DNA of 8,097 nucleotides from assembly GCA_018985225.1 (NCBI GenBank), contig JADGIF010000466.1, positions 1-8,097 on the forward strand, written 5' to 3'. Source of the stretch: Amoeboradix gromovi X-113 (Eukaryota; Fungi; Sanchytriomycota). Position 1 is the stretch's first letter. Each line of letters begins with the position of its first letter. The notes under the pieces were generated by a model. That model was not told the DNA's origin and did not search any database. It was given only the letters and a program-made list of their open reading frames with translations. The translations under genes and the position numbers were made by a program. Below are positions 6,690-8,097 of this stretch, piece after piece.

Positions 6690-7943
6690 ATGAATAAGCT
6701 GACCAATTACTCAAAAACTATCTTCCCTAATAAAGGGATGCTAGATCAGTTTGAATTGTATTTGACTGATAAATCATTTCATTTGAGCTTGTTGGAATTT
6801 GCAAACTCATTTGAGCCAGCTAGCAAAACCGATCTCCGCAAACTAGTAATTCTAATTGCCTTGTTTTTGAACTCGCAGTATGGTATAATAGTCTCTGGAA
6901 TATCGAACATAGATGAGATGGTTGCAGATGGTTTTATCTGGTTTCTTGATAAATTAAAAACAGCTCAGACTAGTTCTGAGATATTAAAATATTTGGTTTA
7001 TAGCGTCATTATCCATACTAAAGGATTCGGTTCTAGCGAAATTGAAAACATTCAGAGCTCATTTGAAATTGCTTCAGCACTATTAGATGAAGATGATCTA
7101 TTAGGATTTTGTAGATCATCGAAACAAGACAAGTTTAAAAATTACAAAAAACTATTTTACAAAATCAATGAAGTTAGAGCTAAATCATCGTTTTCACCTG
7201 CTAAAATCTCTGGAATGAATGATTCGCCAGATGTGTTGTTTAGGTCTTGTCCAAAGAAACATAATTCCTCGATAGCTTTTGAGTGGTCTATAGAGAATTG
7301 CAGAACTGTCCTCTCCATTATGTTCAGTAGATTGGATGCAGAAATTATTTCGAAGTCATTTAATAGCACTTCTGCGTTTGTTACTCATTTAAACTTGGAT
7401 TTTAATTTGAAAATGAGCAAATTTGTGAGTGATTCCTTTGAAATATACAAGACTCTAATAAAGATATGCAATTGCTCTTATCTGTATCTGATTCCCCAAT
7501 TCAATAATTCGTTTTTGTACGGCCTTTGCCCATCTTCTCTGACAAATGTACTTTGCTTTGGTAGCTATGAAGTGTGCGGCATGTACTATTGTAGTGAGTG
7601 TGACTATGACCATAAAAATATACCTAGTAGTCCTGTTGAAGTGCCAGATGTACTTCTGAAGTTGTTATTTAATTACGCAGCACCAAGCACTGTTCAGCAC
7701 AAGTATACCAATTCAGAGTTGCTATTGAACTTTAACCTGGAACCTAACTACAGCATTTATGCTAAAAACAGCCTGCTAGGATATTCAAAGAATACAATCT
7801 CTTCTCAAACAATTCAAAAGTTTGCTTTTAAAGATGGTTCGGACCAAACATATGAGAAAGTCCAGAATGGAGTAAACACATCCAAATCTAAACAAAGCAT
7901 GATGTTTTTTAAAGCAGACTACTTCACCAGCAGAAGAATTTAA
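6690..7943 (+). CDS. Hypothetical protein, 417 aa, no family recognised
   Basis: A 1254-nt ATG-TAA ORF in AT-rich DNA is unlikely by chance. It has a helical-looking N-terminal half and a Cys/His cluster (LCFGSYEVCGMYYCSECDYDH). Confidence 0.75.
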   Translation: MNKLTNYSKTIFPNKGMLDQFELYLTDKSFHLSLLEFANSFEPASKTDLRKLVILIALFLNSQYGIIVSGISNIDEMVADGFIWFLDKLKTAQTSSEILKYLVYSVIIHTKGFGSSEIENIQSSFEIASALLDEDDLLGFCRSSKQDKFKNYKKLFYKINEVRAKSSFSPAKISGMNDSPDVLFRSCPKKHNSSIAFEWSIENCRTVLSIMFSRLDAEIISKSFNSTSAFVTHLNLDFNLKMSKFVSDSFEIYKTLIKICNCSYLYLIPQFNNSFLYGLCPSSLTNVLCFGSYEVCGMYYCSECDYDHKNIPSSPVEVPDVLLKLLFNYAAPSTVQHKYTNSELLLNFNLEPNYSIYAKNSLLGYSKNTISSQTIQKFAFKDGSDQTYEKVQNGVNTSKSKQSMMFFKADYFTSRRI

Positions 7944-8097
7944 AAATAATAAATTCATTTCATACTATTTATTACATACAGGACATCAAATATAAAAACT
8001 GGACTAACTTTCTATAACAGCTTGGAACATTATTTCAGCTTTATTAATTTTATGGATTTAAGAGGCGAGTGGACATTCAGCTAGTTGCGGAGTTGAC

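Noticed and set aside
805-7369. Short ORFs antisense to or overlapping real genes (805..1050, 1020..1232, 1213..1404, 4336..4599, 4750..4938, 5160..5351, 6023..6211, 6349..6600, 7157..7369)
   Set aside because: Shadow ORFs opposite better-supported genes, with no recognisable motifs and several non-ATG starts.
8058-8097. Possible 3' end of a minus-strand gene entering from the right edge (STPQLAECPLAS*)
   Set aside because: Too short to distinguish from non-coding sequence.

Overview
This is gene-dense, AT-rich eukaryotic DNA, most like a compact early-diverging fungal or fungus-related genome (lineage is an inference). Genes end in TAA/TAG at expected positions, so the genetic code looks standard. 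The window holds seven host genes with very short intergenic spacers: a PAN/apple-domain membrane protein, RPB7, an LMBR1-family membrane protein, an HbrB/Bit61/PRR5-like protein, a tandem LOTUS-like protein, FCF2 and an unknown ORF. The two adjacent minus-strand ORFs at 2149-3766 join into one LMBR1-family gene across a 19-nt GT-AG intron. The left end carries a decayed Fanzor (eukaryotic TnpB-like, Fanzor2/IS607-type motifs). It is followed by a three-hairpin non-coding region that looks like its omega-RNA scaffold, then by a second degenerate Fanzor C-terminal fragment. A diverged (~69% by hand alignment), ORF-less copy of the same scaffold lies 3.3 kb away on the opposite strand (3803-3925), in the spacer just upstream of the LMBR1 gene. 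It shows compensatory base changes in two stems and is a candidate stand-alone omega-RNA or non-autonomous element. All identities and pairings were derived by eye and need computational confirmation.
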